64,000 nucleotides of DNA. It comes from a virus. Taxonomy: Duplodnaviria > Heunggongvirae > Uroviricota > Caudoviricetes. The notes beneath the pieces were generated by a model, which was not told the origin of the DNA, made no database searches, and worked only from the letters and a program-made list of their open reading frames with translations. The stretch is taken from IMG/VR virus record IMGVR_UViG_3300035661_000047. One strand, 5' to 3'. Position numbers and translations under genes: made by a program. Shown here in pieces: positions 16,324 to 28,200 of the stretch (position 1 is its first letter; every line of letters starts with the position of its first letter).

Positions 16324-16730
16324 GCAACGCCGCAATCCGTTCAGCTCTTGAGTCTCGGTTGAGCACTTGGGCTGACTCTCAAACTCCGACACCCATTCCA
16401 GTATCGTTTCAGAACGTAGCGTTTAACAAGCTTGCTGGAACTGTATTTTTGGAGTGCTTTCTTATCCCTAACCTGACAGCCAACAACGAACTATCTGGAA
16501 GTCGAAAGACTTTGAAGGGCCTGTTCCAAGTTAACTGCTGGGCGCCGAAAGGCTATGGGATGCGACAGGTAGAGCTACTCTCACAAAGCATTGTCGATCT
16601 TTACCCGATTGTGCCGAAGACTGGTGCAGTATCTGTCGAAGAGACTCCCTCAATCGGACGGGCAATTCCTGACGATTCTGGCTGGGTCATCGTTCCAGTT
16701 CTAATCAAGTACCGATACGAGTCGGTATAA
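16320..16730 (+). CDS. putative tail terminator / connector protein
   Basis: 136 aa, ATGA overlap with upstream gene; function from position. Confidence 0.45.
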   Translation: MSNAAIRSALESRLSTWADSQTPTPIPVSFQNVAFNKLAGTVFLECFLIPNLTANNELSGSRKTLKGLFQVNCWAPKGYGMRQVELLSQSIVDLYPIVPKTGAVSVEETPSIGRAIPDDSGWVIVPVLIKYRYESV

Positions 16731-16742
16731 CAAAGGAAACCA

Positions 16743-17099
16743 ATGGCTGTAATCACCCAAACAAACGGCGTAATAGATTCTGGGGCACCTATCAACGTGG
16801 CCCGTACTACTCTCACTGCCTCTGATACGCTCACGTTCGTCCGTGGAAGCGATCAGCGACTTTTTCTCTACAACACCACGGCTTCGGCTGTGACTGTTAC
16901 CCTCACAGGCACTGCCCCGGTATCCCTCACGCCTGCTGGGTATGGCGGAACTATCTCGACTGCCGGTGGCAAGGCAATCACTGTGCCTGCATCTGGTACA
17001 ACATTTGTTGAACTCGATGATATTTGGGCATTCATCGAGGGCAACGGAACTGTTACTGTTACCAACGGTACGGGTATTACTGCTCACCTGTACTTTTAA
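16743..17099 (+). CDS. hypothetical virion protein
   Basis: 118 aa, Thr/Gly-rich; RBS AAAGGAAACC. Confidence 0.45.
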   Translation: MAVITQTNGVIDSGAPINVARTTLTASDTLTFVRGSDQRLFLYNTTASAVTVTLTGTAPVSLTPAGYGGTISTAGGKAITVPASGTTFVELDDIWAFIEGNGTVTVTNGTGITAHLYF

Positions 17100-17121
17100 T
17101 CTTATCTGAAAAAGGAAAATC

Positions 17122-17559
17122 ATGTCTGTCATGACCTCCGCTGGTTCTACACTGGCACTCTCAGCTTCAGCGCCTGCAACGTTTGATGCTACTGGATACA
17201 ACGCTCTCACGTATACCCTGGTCGGTGAAGTTACTGACCTCGGCGAAGTCGGACGTGAATACAACCTCGTGAATCACACTCCGCTCGGCAGCCGTCGTGT
17301 GCAGAAGTTCAAGGGTTCGTACAACAACGGTTCACTGCAAGTGCAGATGGGCCGCGACACAACTGATGCCGGGCAAACCGCTCTGCAAACTGCCCTTGGT
17401 GTGGATACTGCGTACACGTTCCGCGTAACGCTTCAGAACGGCAAGAAGCTCTACTTCACTGGCGTAGTGATGAGCTACAAGACGAACGTCGGCTCTGTTG
17501 ACCAGATTACTGGTGCAACAACGACTATCGAAGTGACTACCGATATCATCGAAGTCTAA
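17122..17559 (+). CDS. major tail (tube) protein
   Basis: 145 aa; RBS AAAAGGAAAATC; directly followed by strong terminator; precedes G/GT chaperone and tape measure (lambda V-G-T-H order). Confidence 0.55.
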   Translation: MSVMTSAGSTLALSASAPATFDATGYNALTYTLVGEVTDLGEVGREYNLVNHTPLGSRRVQKFKGSYNNGSLQVQMGRDTTDAGQTALQTALGVDTAYTFRVTLQNGKKLYFTGVVMSYKTNVGSVDQITGATTTIEVTTDIIEV

Positions 17560-17565
17560 TCGAAT

Positions 17566-17588
17566 GAAGGCCCTTCGGGGCCTTTTCA
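17566..17588 (+). terminator. rho-independent terminator after major tail gene
   Basis: AAGGCCC-TTCG-GGGCCTT followed by TTTT. Confidence 0.7.
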
Positions 17589-17677
17589 ATGTGCTTCAAA
17601 TAGTACATTGCAAAGGCTCAACAAGATTCTCACCAATGAGAACAATTTCATCTTACCACAACTGAAAGGAAACGACA

Positions 17678-18085
17678 ATGTTTGATCTTACTACTCTTGC
17701 CCTCAAGGACACCTTCGACCTGCAACTGCGCCACCCGGTATCCGGCGAGCCGCTGTTCGCGGACGGCGAAGGCAAGCAAAAGCCTGTGATGATCACCCTC
17801 TACGGCACTAGCTCGAAGCAATACCGGAACGCTGTTACTGCCATGCAGAACCGCCAACTGAAGCGCACCGCGAAGAAGGAAAAGGTTTCGGCAGAGGTGA
17901 TGCGTGAAGAAGGCATCGAGCTTCTGGTTGCATGCGTTGCTGGCGCACAAAATCTTGGCATCGGCGGCAGTGCAGTGAAGGACGAGTCGGGATTCCGTAC
18001 CGTATTCTCTGACCCGAAGCTTTCGTGGATCAAGGACCAAGTTGACGAGGCCCTGGGCGACACGTCAAATTTTTTGGCGCAGTAA
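17678..18085 (+). CDS. tail assembly chaperone (gpG-like)
   Basis: 135 aa; contains slippery AAATTTT (18067-18073) 4 codons before its stop; immediately upstream of tape measure. Confidence 0.65.
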   Translation: MFDLTTLALKDTFDLQLRHPVSGEPLFADGEGKQKPVMITLYGTSSKQYRNAVTAMQNRQLKRTAKKEKVSAEVMREEGIELLVACVAGAQNLGIGGSAVKDESGFRTVFSDPKLSWIKDQVDEALGDTSNFLAQ

Positions 18086-18567
18086 GCAAGTCCCTCTCGT
18101 TGTATGTACGCCAGCTAGGCTGGCTGCACGCGACGCCTGAAGGTTCAAAGAAATCGCGCCTTGCCACGTTCAAGTCGGCGGATGAAAATCACCCGTCGCT
18201 TAGACTGCCTGAAATAGAACAAGAACACGCGGCTGGATACCTGATTGGTCTGCTGCATGAAGCTGGCCTCATGTCATCCAATGGCATGGGGCCAGTTCCA
18301 CTTTCATGGTCTGAAATTGAAAGTTGGATTCGATGTACGGAGCTTGACCTTTCCTTGTGGGAGAGGTTGACAATCAAGAACCTGAGCGAAGAGTATGTTG
18401 GAGAGCTGTCACAAGCTACTGCAAAGGATCGCCCAGCGCCATTCCGCCACGTCGAAGATGAAGAGGAAATCGACCGTACTGCGGTTGAAAACAAGATTCT
18501 GTCTGTGCTACGAGGGTTCAATCGTAAGCGGACAGAAGACGATAACGAGTCTAAGGAACTGACATGA
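17678..18567 (+). CDS. tail assembly chaperone G-T fusion produced by -1 programmed frameshift at 18067-18073
   Basis: The -1 frame after A-AAT-TTT reads KFFGAVSKSLSLYVRQLGWL... and is open through track ORF 18100..18567, ending with ATGA-type overlap onto the tape measure start. Confidence 0.55.
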
Positions 18568-21500
18568 CAATGGACGTATCCCGTCTTGGGATTGTCGTTG
18601 AATCGACGGGTATTACAGAGGCCACAACTGCCCTGGCTGGCCGCAACGGTCAGGGTGGTCTTGCTGGTGCTGCTGATAAGGCGGAAAAGAATGTAGGCAA
18701 GCTTACATCGTCTTTGTCTAACCTTCTCAACCTGCAAGCTTCAGCGACTACAGCCGCATGGACGCAAGCCCTCGGCGGTTTGAACTCGGTGCTTGCCAAC
18801 GTTAATTCAAATGCCCTGGCTACTGCTAATTCACTTCAGCAGGCTGTGGCATCACTTAACGCCCTTGCAGGGGCATCTGTAAACGCTCAGCGCGCCACTG
18901 AGCGGCATTCATCATCTAACACGGTGATGACCAGTACAATCAAGGCGATGACGACTGCATTCTCAGTCTACACAGCGCTCAACTTCGCTGGCAGTATTGT
19001 CAAGCAAGCTGATGAGTGGCAGATGATGACAGCCCGCCTAGAAAATGCCACTGGAAGCATGAACAATGCGAAGGTCGCTCAGGCGCAAATGTATGATCTT
19101 TCTCAGCGCCTGCGCGTTCCGCTCGAAGACTCTGTGAAGCTCTACACCCGTCTCGCGCCATCTATGCAGCGTATGGGTAAGGACTCTGAGTATGCGCGTA
19201 AGATGGTTGAAGGTATTGCCACGGCTCTTCAACTCGGCGGAGCAAACGGCGCAGAAGCATCTTCAGTGATGCTCCAGTTGTCGCAGTCGTTCAGCTCTGG
19301 CGTCCTTAACGGTGCGGAATTTAACGCTGTTGCCGAAAACGGCTCAGTGCTTATGCGTGCCCTCGAAAAGTACACGGGAAAGAGCACAGCAGAACTCAAG
19401 AAAATGGGTTCAACTGGTAAGCTCTCTATGGAGCTTGTCGGTAAGGCTATCGAAGAAAATCTCCCGCAGTGGCGCGAACAGTTTGACAAGATGCCTCTCA
19501 CCTTTGAAGGTGGTGTGCAACGAATCAAGAATGCGTGGACGAAGGCCATCGGCGAAATGGGGCAGGACACGGGGTTCAATAATGAACTCTCTAAGTCTCT
19601 CCGCGTAATCGAGGAAATGATTCCTGCTGTGGCGCGTGGCCTCGGCGATGCGTTCATCAGCGTTATGCGCTGGGTGCAAGAGAATAAGAATACCATCGGA
19701 GAAATCTGGGACCAAATCGTCGGTCTTGGAAAGGATGTCTGGAACATTGGTGGAATGCTCGGTAACTGGATCGGTGCCATTATTGGTGCCGGGGAAGGTT
19801 TCAGTTTGATTGGAGCTGCGCTGTTTACAGTTCGCATGCTCATCGCGGGTGCTATTGATCTTCTGAAGGTTGCCGGATGGGTTGTTGCAAAGATTGGTAT
19901 CAGCATTGTTGAGCTGGTTGTGGCGCCTTTCACATGGCTTCTCTCTGCAATCGGAATGGTCGGCGATGCCCTTAAATCGCTCTTCAGCGGCCTCGCATCA
20001 GGCGCCAAGGCCGTAGGTGCTGACAAGCTCGCAGGAGGCTTTGAAGCGGCTTCTAACGTCATTGGTGACATCACCACGGACGTGAAGGACTTCAACGGAA
20101 ACGTCATTGCCTCGTTTGGCAAGGCGCACGAAGTTGCAGATAGCTGGGTCAAGGACTTGAAGGCAGGTAACGGAGAACTCGACAAACTTATGAAGGGTAA
20201 CGACAAGCTCGCTACAGCGCCTGTCACTCCGACCCTAACAATGGACCCTGCGAAGTGGAATGCAAATCCTCACCCGAAGGTTGCAGAAGATGCTAAGGCA
20301 GCTAAGGCCGCTGAAACTGCGACGAAGAAGTTTAACGACGAACTCGACGCCCTGAATGCAAAGCTGAAGGAGCAGGACGAACTTCGTCAGCGCCTCGCAG
20401 CTCACGGCCTCGACTACGACAAGGTAGGCCCGGCCCAGAAGAAGGTAATTGAACTCGAAGAGCATCTGCAACGCCTGCAAAGCCAAAAGGTTGATGCCGC
20501 GACAACGCTGGCTATTTCGCGTCAAAATGAACTGATTGCAATCGCAAAGAAGACTTCTGCCATCGAAGTTGATAATGAACGTACCCTTGAAACTCTCAAG
20601 ATTGAGAAGGCACGCCAAGATCAACAAAACTCAAAGCTTAAGTCTCTCGAAGACGAGGCGAAGGCCCTGGAGTATAAGGTGCAAACGTATGGCATGGCTA
20701 AGGGAGCTATCGAAGAACTCGAAGCTGCTGAAACTCGCCAGCAGATTGCAGCAATGCTCAATGCAGGTCCGCTGTCTCAGGCTGAGCAAAAGATTGTAGA
20801 AACTCTTCAGGCCCAGCTTGCTGTGCGTGAACGAATTGCTGCGGCGTCTGGAAAGCTTGGGTCACTCCAAGTCGAGGAAGAGTTCAACAAGCTCATGGAC
20901 CCGAAGCGGGCAGAGAAGTTTGGTGATGCTCTCGCAAATGGAATGGGTAAGGGCCTCAAGGCTGTAGATGCCCTGGTTAACGCTTTCGACAAGTACGAAG
21001 CGCGAATGAGCACGGTTAAGAAGGCTTGGGAACTTGTCAACAAGGAAACTGACCCGGACAAGAAGGCCAAGATGATGAAGGAAGCTGCGGAGTTTGAAGC
21101 CGAAGCTCGAATCAAGTCGTATGGCGATATGGCCGGTGCGGCTAAGGGATACTTCGCTGAAGGCTCTCGCGGATACAAGGCGCTCGAAGCGGCGGAAAAG
21201 ACTTTCCGTGCTTTTGAGATTGCCATGTCTATCAAGTCGTTCGTTGAAAAGTCTGGGCTTCTCGAAGCATTCACATCCCTGTTTGTGACTTCTAAGGCAA
21301 CTGAGACTGCGGCTGAAGTTGCGTCTGTAGGCCCTCACGTCGCAGCAGAAGGCACGAAGCAGGGGGCTAACGCTATTACTGCGCTGACTAGCGCGTTGGC
21401 AGCACCGTTCCCTGCAAACATTCCTGCTTTCGCTATGGTTGCGGCAATGCTGGCAGCTATTGGTGTAGCAGTCGGCGGTGGTAGCGGTGGCTCGGTTGAC

Positions 21501-23762
21501 CAAGGTAACGCCGGAACTGGCACTGTACTCGGCGGCTCTGGAGCCGCTAGCAAGAGTATTGAAAACTCGATTTCTGCTCTCGAAGAGGTTGACACGACAA
21601 CTATGCGCTACTCCTCGCAGATGGCTGCAAGCCTGCGTTCTATTGACGCAAGCATGGGCGGTCTGGCGAACTTGGTGTCCCGTGGTGTGGGCGTAGACCC
21701 CGGCCAAGCCGGAATTGACGTAGGATTTGAGCGTAGCGGCCTTGGGAATGCGCTGGCGTCGGCCGGGCACTTCCTTGATAAGATTCAAGGGCTGGACAAG
21801 ATTACTGGGGGCCTGTCAAGCTGGGCTGTAAACAAGGTAGCAAATCTGTTTGGCACCAAGACCTCTGTACAGGGGCAAGGGCTTTACGGAAGTGCTCAAA
21901 GCCTTGACAGCATTATGACTCGCGGGTATAATGCCCAAGTATACGCGGACATCGAGAAGAAGAAGAAGACCCTCGGGATCACAACTTCAACTAGCAACGA
22001 GACGATCTACGGCCAAGCTGGCGCAGAAACTTCTGACCAATTCACGAAGATTTTCCGTGGATTCCACGACGCTGTTTCGTCTGCTGGTCAAGCACTTGGA
22101 ATGCCACTCGGGGACATCGAAAACCGCCTGCGCGGGTTCGTTGTTGACATCGGCAAGATCAAGCTTGATGGCCTTTCTGCTGAACAGATCAAGGAAAAGT
22201 TGAGCGCAGTGTTTAGTGCTGCTGGAGATAGAATTGCTAAGGCTGCTATCCCCGGCCTTGACGACTTCCAGAAGGTCGGTGAAGGTTATCTTGAGACTCT
22301 TGTACGGGTGGCATCGGGCGTAGAGACTGCGAAGTTTCAGCTTGAAAAGCTCGGCATCGCTGCTGTTGATTTTTCAACAATCATTAACAAGCAAGGCGAC
22401 GTAGCTACAGAAATTGTTCGTCAGAGCATTCTGAAGCAAGAGTCTGAGCTGAAAGACTTCATGACAGTCCGAATCCTCGGACACGTCTTCAAGTTCCAAA
22501 CGCAAGTGGCAAACGGTATCGGTGAAATAATCAACGACTTCTCTGGGTCTGTTGAAGATATGGTTGCACTGTACAAAGACCTCGTATCTGCACGCGACAA
22601 GCTAGACGCGGTTGGCCTTGGTACAGACCTAAATCGTGACCTTATCCGCGCTGCTGGTGGCCTGCAAGAGCTTATTGATGCGCTCGACGCCTATAGCGAA
22701 GGGTTCTTCAGTGAAGCTGAACGCAATGCCTCGAAGCTCTCTAAGCTCCGAATCGAGTTTGCAAAGCTTGGTGTTGAAATGCCGATCACGAAGGACGGGT
22801 TCCGTTCTCTGATTGACCAACTCAACGCTTCAGGTGCAGAAGGAGAAGCCCTTGCAATCAAGGTGCTGACACTCTCAGGCGCTTTTGCCGAGCTGGCCGA
22901 TTCTGCGGACGCTGCTGTATCTGCTGCACGCGACAAGCTTCGTACAGCGTATGACAACGAAGCCGGGTCTATCACTAACCTTCGTGACAAGTTCTTGGAC
23001 TTCTCGAAGTCTCTTGGAGATTTCAAGTCGTCGCTGATTACTGGGGATATGTCTCCGCTGTCTGGCACTGAAAAGTACCTGACAGAGCTGGAGCGATACG
23101 ACGACGTTTCAAAGCGTGCTCAGGCTGGCGATGAAACTGCAATCTCGAACTTTGAAAGCGTAGCGACAGAGTTCCTGAAGATGTCTCGTGATATGTTTGC
23201 CTCTGGTGAACAGTACACAGCAGATTTCAACCGTGTTCTTGCAGAAACTGCGGCACTCGAATCTAGCACTGCTGGTCAGGCAACTGTCCAGCAGCAGAGC
23301 CTCGATGCCCTGAACAAGCAAGTAGACGGACTTATCACGATCAACGAAAGCGTTCTCACAGTTACTCAAGCAATTGAAGAGCTGCGAGCTGTTATGAGTA
23401 TGGGTGTAGTGGCATCAACCATCAACGGCTCACACGCAAACGGTCTTTCATATGTCCCGTTTGACGGGTACGTTGCAGAGCTTCACCAAGGTGAAGCGGT
23501 GCTGACGGCCTCTGAAAACAAAGCATATCAGATGGACTACGCACAGTATGGTCTGAAGTCTGACGAAGCTCTTGTATCTGAAATCAAGGCCCTGCGCCAA
23601 GAAGTTCAGAACCTGCGCGAAGGACAACGTGAACAGACTGGTCAGCTTATTGCAGCTAACTACGACGCACAAGAGCGTAATGCTCAAGCTGTCGTGGAAG
23701 GTACGATGGATGCTGTTGGTGCAAACTCTTATGCTGAAAGGGCTAAGGTAACTCTCTCATGA
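18564..23762 (+). CDS. tail tape measure protein
   Basis: 1732 aa, Ala/Gly-rich with predicted coiled coil and hydrophobic segments; follows the G/GT chaperone. Confidence 0.85.
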   Translation: MTMDVSRLGIVVESTGITEATTALAGRNGQGGLAGAADKAEKNVGKLTSSLSNLLNLQASATTAAWTQALGGLNSVLANVNSNALATANSLQQAVASLNALAGASVNAQRATERHSSSNTVMTSTIKAMTTAFSVYTALNFAGSIVKQADEWQMMTARLENATGSMNNAKVAQAQMYDLSQRLRVPLEDSVKLYTRLAPSMQRMGKDSEYARKMVEGIATALQLGGANGAEASSVMLQLSQSFSSGVLNGAEFNAVAENGSVLMRALEKYTGKSTAELKKMGSTGKLSMELVGKAIEENLPQWREQFDKMPLTFEGGVQRIKNAWTKAIGEMGQDTGFNNELSKSLRVIEEMIPAVARGLGDAFISVMRWVQENKNTIGEIWDQIVGLGKDVWNIGGMLGNWIGAIIGAGEGFSLIGAALFTVRMLIAGAIDLLKVAGWVVAKIGISIVELVVAPFTWLLSAIGMVGDALKSLFSGLASGAKAVGADKLAGGFEAASNVIGDITTDVKDFNGNVIASFGKAHEVADSWVKDLKAGNGELDKLMKGNDKLATAPVTPTLTMDPAKWNANPHPKVAEDAKAAKAAETATKKFNDELDALNAKLKEQDELRQRLAAHGLDYDKVGPAQKKVIELEEHLQRLQSQKVDAATTLAISRQNELIAIAKKTSAIEVDNERTLETLKIEKARQDQQNSKLKSLEDEAKALEYKVQTYGMAKGAIEELEAAETRQQIAAMLNAGPLSQAEQKIVETLQAQLAVRERIAAASGKLGSLQVEEEFNKLMDPKRAEKFGDALANGMGKGLKAVDALVNAFDKYEARMSTVKKAWELVNKETDPDKKAKMMKEAAEFEAEARIKSYGDMAGAAKGYFAEGSRGYKALEAAEKTFRAFEIAMSIKSFVEKSGLLEAFTSLFVTSKATETAAEVASVGPHVAAEGTKQGANAITALTSALAAPFPANIPAFAMVAAMLAAIGVAVGGGSGGSVDQGNAGTGTVLGGSGAASKSIENSISALEEVDTTTMRYSSQMAASLRSIDASMGGLANLVSRGVGVDPGQAGIDVGFERSGLGNALASAGHFLDKIQGLDKITGGLSSWAVNKVANLFGTKTSVQGQGLYGSAQSLDSIMTRGYNAQVYADIEKKKKTLGITTSTSNETIYGQAGAETSDQFTKIFRGFHDAVSSAGQALGMPLGDIENRLRGFVVDIGKIKLDGLSAEQIKEKLSAVFSAAGDRIAKAAIPGLDDFQKVGEGYLETLVRVASGVETAKFQLEKLGIAAVDFSTIINKQGDVATEIVRQSILKQESELKDFMTVRILGHVFKFQTQVANGIGEIINDFSGSVEDMVALYKDLVSARDKLDAVGLGTDLNRDLIRAAGGLQELIDALDAYSEGFFSEAERNASKLSKLRIEFAKLGVEMPITKDGFRSLIDQLNASGAEGEALAIKVLTLSGAFAELADSADAAVSAARDKLRTAYDNEAGSITNLRDKFLDFSKSLGDFKSSLITGDMSPLSGTEKYLTELERYDDVSKRAQAGDETAISNFESVATEFLKMSRDMFASGEQYTADFNRVLAETAALESSTAGQATVQQQSLDALNKQVDGLITINESVLTVTQAIEELRAVMSMGVVASTINGSHANGLSYVPFDGYVAELHQGEAVLTASENKAYQMDYAQYGLKSDEALVSEIKALRQEVQNLREGQREQTGQLIAANYDAQERNAQAVVEGTMDAVGANSYAERAKVTLS

Positions 23763-25228
23763 CGGGTCAAGAATTCGCAGCGTGGCTGGATAATCCCGCT
23801 GCAATTCGCTGTATCCTTGTGGAAGTAGATGTGAAGGTGGGAGGTAGTGTGGTGACACGTTACCTCTCTAATCGGGGGTATGTGACGGGAGCGTCAGACA
23901 CCCCTGCCAACACGCTCTACAGTCCATTGGTAGTAGGCGGAATCAAATACACGCAATCCCTGGCTCTGGACGGCAATGTGTCGCTCAGCTTCGGGGATAT
24001 TGAGCTAAACAATATCGACGGCTCTCTTGATAGTTGGCTTGACGATTATTGGAGCAACAGGCAGCTTGAAATTTTCGTAGGCGACGTATCGTGGCCTCGG
24101 GCAGACTTCAGGCAAATTTTCAACGGCATCACTACTGGAATTGATACTCGGTCGCGCACCAGAATCAATATCAAGATCAGTGATAAACTTCAGAGACTAA
24201 ACACTCCAGTCTCAGAGACAAAGATTGGCGGGGCAACGTCTTTTGCTGACAATCTAATTCCTCTGTGTTTTGGCGAGTGCCACAACATTGGGCCTGTACT
24301 TGTTGACGCAGCACTGTATGAGTACCAAGTTCACAACGGACCCATCGAGAGCATTATCGAAGTTCGTGACAACGGTGTACCTGTAGCTATCACACCGTTT
24401 TTGACGACTGGCAAGTTCAGGCTGACAAAGCCGCCAGTAGGGACTGTCACATGCAGCGTACAGGGCGACAAGAACACGACTTACGTCAATGACGTGGTTG
24501 GCATCGTTCAGAGGCTTGTGACGGGTTTTGGTAGTGCAACTCAGCGGTTCACCACAGCCGACCTCGACACAACCAAACTAGCAACGTTTGCAGCAGCCCA
24601 CACGCAACCCATCGGGTTGTACATGAAGGACCGGACAAACGTTCTTGAGGCTTGCAACAAGGTGGCATCTAGTGTCGGCGCTAGACTTGTGATGTCTCAG
24701 GCTGGGCTTATGTCAATCGTAAAGCTGACGCTTCCGCAAGGTAGTGCTGGAACTACGGTTACTGCGGCTGACATGGTTGAGCGGTCCATTGAAGTTTCAC
24801 AATTGGTCCCTGTTGTTGCCAGTGTAAAACTCGGATACTGCAAGAACTGGACTGTTCAGAGTAATTTGGAAACTGGTATTCCTGCGGCGCATATTGCACT
24901 GTACGCAGAGGAATGGTTGACTGTTACGAGAACAGATACCGCAGCAGCGGCAAATTATAACCTGTACACCGACCCGACAATGGTTGAGACTTTGCTTCTC
25001 ACAGCGTCGGACGCTACCACAGAAGCACTGCGACGTTTGAATATGTTCAACGTCCAGCGCAGGGTGTACAAATACACAGGGTATTACTCGCTTGTTCAAG
25101 AAGAACTCGGTAATAGCCAGACAATCAAGCACAGCCGCTTCGGGCTATCAAGCGGTAAAACAGGGCAGATTATCTCAATCACGAAAGATTGGATCAGCCC
25201 TAAAGTAGACTTTGAGGTACTAATCTAA
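23759..25228 (+). CDS. distal tail / minor tail protein
   Basis: 489 aa directly after tape measure with overlapping stop/start. Confidence 0.55.
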   Translation: MTGQEFAAWLDNPAAIRCILVEVDVKVGGSVVTRYLSNRGYVTGASDTPANTLYSPLVVGGIKYTQSLALDGNVSLSFGDIELNNIDGSLDSWLDDYWSNRQLEIFVGDVSWPRADFRQIFNGITTGIDTRSRTRINIKISDKLQRLNTPVSETKIGGATSFADNLIPLCFGECHNIGPVLVDAALYEYQVHNGPIESIIEVRDNGVPVAITPFLTTGKFRLTKPPVGTVTCSVQGDKNTTYVNDVVGIVQRLVTGFGSATQRFTTADLDTTKLATFAAAHTQPIGLYMKDRTNVLEACNKVASSVGARLVMSQAGLMSIVKLTLPQGSAGTTVTAADMVERSIEVSQLVPVVASVKLGYCKNWTVQSNLETGIPAAHIALYAEEWLTVTRTDTAAAANYNLYTDPTMVETLLLTASDATTEALRRLNMFNVQRRVYKYTGYYSLVQEELGNSQTIKHSRFGLSSGKTGQIISITKDWISPKVDFEVLI

Positions 25229-28200
25229 TGGCAACAGTAGTCAATGCGCGTGACGTTCAGCTCCCGCTCACAAGCCCTCGTCTGAATCTTGTCACGATGG
25301 CGGATAACATCCAAGTAAGTCAGTCTAACGTGACTGGCCTTGGACTTATCGTTGAAGGAACAAAGCAAATCTGGCTGTCTTCGACTTCGCAGATTTTCCA
25401 AATCCCTAAGTCGGGTAGCACTACGCCTGCGTCAATCACAGTGACCGCGAACGTGCGCAATTTGACTGCTACACCTACACTGACAATCGTTTCCGGTAGC
25501 GGTACGATGTCGGTTGTGCCTGCACTTACGGCTGGAGTATTCACGTTCACGCCAGCACAACTCACGTCTGATGCAGTTACCCTGCGCCTCACGCTGACTG
25601 AAAACAGTGTGACGTATACTGATGACTTGACAGTTGTAAAGGTCCGCGAAGGTATTGATTCACTGACTGGATACCTGACAAACGAAGCTCACACGCTCCC
25701 CGGCGACAACGCAGGGAACGTTACTAGCTACACTGGTGCGTCTGGAAACTTCAAGGTATTCCAAGGCACTACGGATGTAACCTCAGTTTGCACGTTCTCT
25801 CTTGTAGCTGGCGGAAACCCAGATACGCTGACCTACACACTTACAGCTTCTGGCGCTAGCGCGGGGGCTTATGCAGTTACGGCTGCATATCCTACTGCGA
25901 AGAATGTCACCACTTTGACGCTTCGTGCCACGTTTGGCACTACGACAATCGACAAGGTTTTCACTCTGTCGAAGGCAAATGCTGGCTCTAGTGGAACGAA
26001 CGGAACTCGAACAGCGATTCTCGAAATGTATCAATGGGCTGTTGCAGCTCCTGCTACATTTCCGTCTGGAACGTCTACCTATACTTGGGCGACTGGTCAG
26101 TTCACTGCCCCTGCCACACTTAACGGATGGAGCTTGACGCCTCCTGCGGCTGTCAACGGTCAAACCCTCTACGTGGTGCGTCAGGTCTTTGCAGACTCTG
26201 GCACATCTACAACGTCCGCAGTTACGTGGACTGCTACCTCGTCTTCTCCGTCTGGCGCAGCCGGAACGAACGGAACCAATGGCCTCAACGGTCAGCGTGT
26301 TGGCGTGCTGGAAGTCTACCAGTGGGCCGCTGCTGCGCCTACTACCTACCCGTCTGGAACGTCTACCTACACATGGGCCACAGGCGCGTTTACAGCCCCT
26401 ACAACGCCTAACGGCTGGAACCTTACCCCCGGTGCTGCCGTGGCAGGACAAACGCTCTGGGCTATCTCTGTGAAGGTTTCCGATGCTCTCACGACTACCA
26501 CTAGCTCTGCTACGTGGAACAGCACGACTGTGTACGCCATCGGTGCTGCTGGAACGAACGGAACCAATGGTACAAACGGCACTAATGGGGTGAACGGTCA
26601 GCGTGGCTCGCAAACGTTTTACGTCGCGCTCTCTGGAGGCACTAACACTTACAGCGACACCTTGGCAACAACGACGGCCACGGCGAGTGGTGGACCGATC
26701 CTGAATGACGTAGTTGTCCAGTATAACAACTCTGTGAGCTTTTCACAGACGAAGTTTTGGAACGGAACGTCATGGTCGCTCGTCAATGCTGTTGTCGATG
26801 GAAACCTTCTTGTTTCAGGTACTGTCGGTACTGCTGCACTCGCAGCTAACGCCGTCACTGCTGGTAAGATTGGTGCAAACGAAATCACGACAGATAAGCT
26901 TAAGGTTACTGGGAAGGGCAGTGCCATGAACGATGACCCATCGTTCTCAGACCCAGCCGCTTGGACTATCACGACTGGAGCTGTAGCTTACAAGAGCAAC
27001 ACAACTGCAACTGGCGCCGCAGGTAATCTGTACATCGACTCGACTACCCTCGACTCGCGTGCGGAGAGCCGTAATATCCAGATCAATCCCGCGAAGACTT
27101 ACAAGCTTACAGCAAATCTGTTTTCAGGTACTGGATCAGACCGGAATATGTACCTCTACGTTCGCATGTTCACTGCGACTGGTACAGAGGTTACTTCGAC
27201 TGGTTGGGGCGGGATTTACGCTGGATACGTGTTTGGCGGGCTCGTGTCGCCTCAAAATCAATGGGTAGAGTGCGGCGGACAGTTCGGCGCTGGAATGCCA
27301 TCGCGGCTTATTCCGTCCAACGTGGCTTATATCCGTGTTGGCATCTGGATGCAGTACAGCACAATCGGGTCTAACCTGATTCAGCAAGCTTGCCAGAACC
27401 TTCGACTCGTTGATGCGGTTGACGCTTCAGTTGTTGTTGACGGTTCCCTGACTGCAACTAAGATTGATACTCGCGGGCTCAGCATCAAGGATGCGGCTGG
27501 TAATGTGATTCTTGCAGCAGGTTCACCTCTGTCGATTGCGAACATCGTTGACCAACAGGGATACGGATTCTCTCAGGAGTCGCTTCGCCGAAACATGGTT
27601 GACCCTTCTCGGTGGGCCATCGGTGTCGATGGCTGGACTGGGTACGGGTCTGTCGGAGTTCAAACTCAGCTCATGATGGCTGGGTCTGATAATACGCAGC
27701 AGCGTGTCTGGCAAGTCACTAGCACTGTCGGCCAGTTCAACTGGCAAGGTGGCCCTATTTCACGCGACGTGACGGTTTCAGACAGTAAGACATACCGATA
27801 CATCATCCCTGTGCGCAGGGTCGGGACAAACACAGATGGCGGAATCGTATACATCGGAGTGCAGCAAGGCGACTCGAACATTTGCGACCTTAACACATCA
27901 ACGCTACAGTTGGACGGCTATTTTGCAGGTGTCTCCGTATCAAGCCTCGTTCAAGACCGTTGGTATATCGTGGTAGGGTATATCTACCCAGCCGGTTCTA
28001 CGGGTATGACGAACTCTGATGCCGGAGTTTACGACTGCCTTACTGGTGCTAAGCTCACTGGCGGAACAAACTTCTGCTGGGCAGCTAACGCAAGTATCTT
28101 TGCAGTGCGGAACGGCCTGTACAAGTCTACTGCATTCACCCTGGCTGTTACTGCGCAATTTGGACAGCCGTCAATCCAGTGCATCGACGGAACAGAGTCT

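Noticed and set aside
19229-20227. 332-aa minus-strand ORF (and others at 20862..21788, 22691..23068) antisense to the tape-measure gene
   Set aside because: Low-complexity Ser/Pro/Ala-rich translation, typical of antisense frames of an Ala/Gly-rich gene; the late operon is uniformly plus-stranded
25783-26613. 276-aa minus-strand ORF antisense to the tail-fibre collagen-repeat region
   Set aside because: Arg/Ser/Cys-rich low-complexity product generated by the antisense of the GXY/Thr-rich repeats; no RBS
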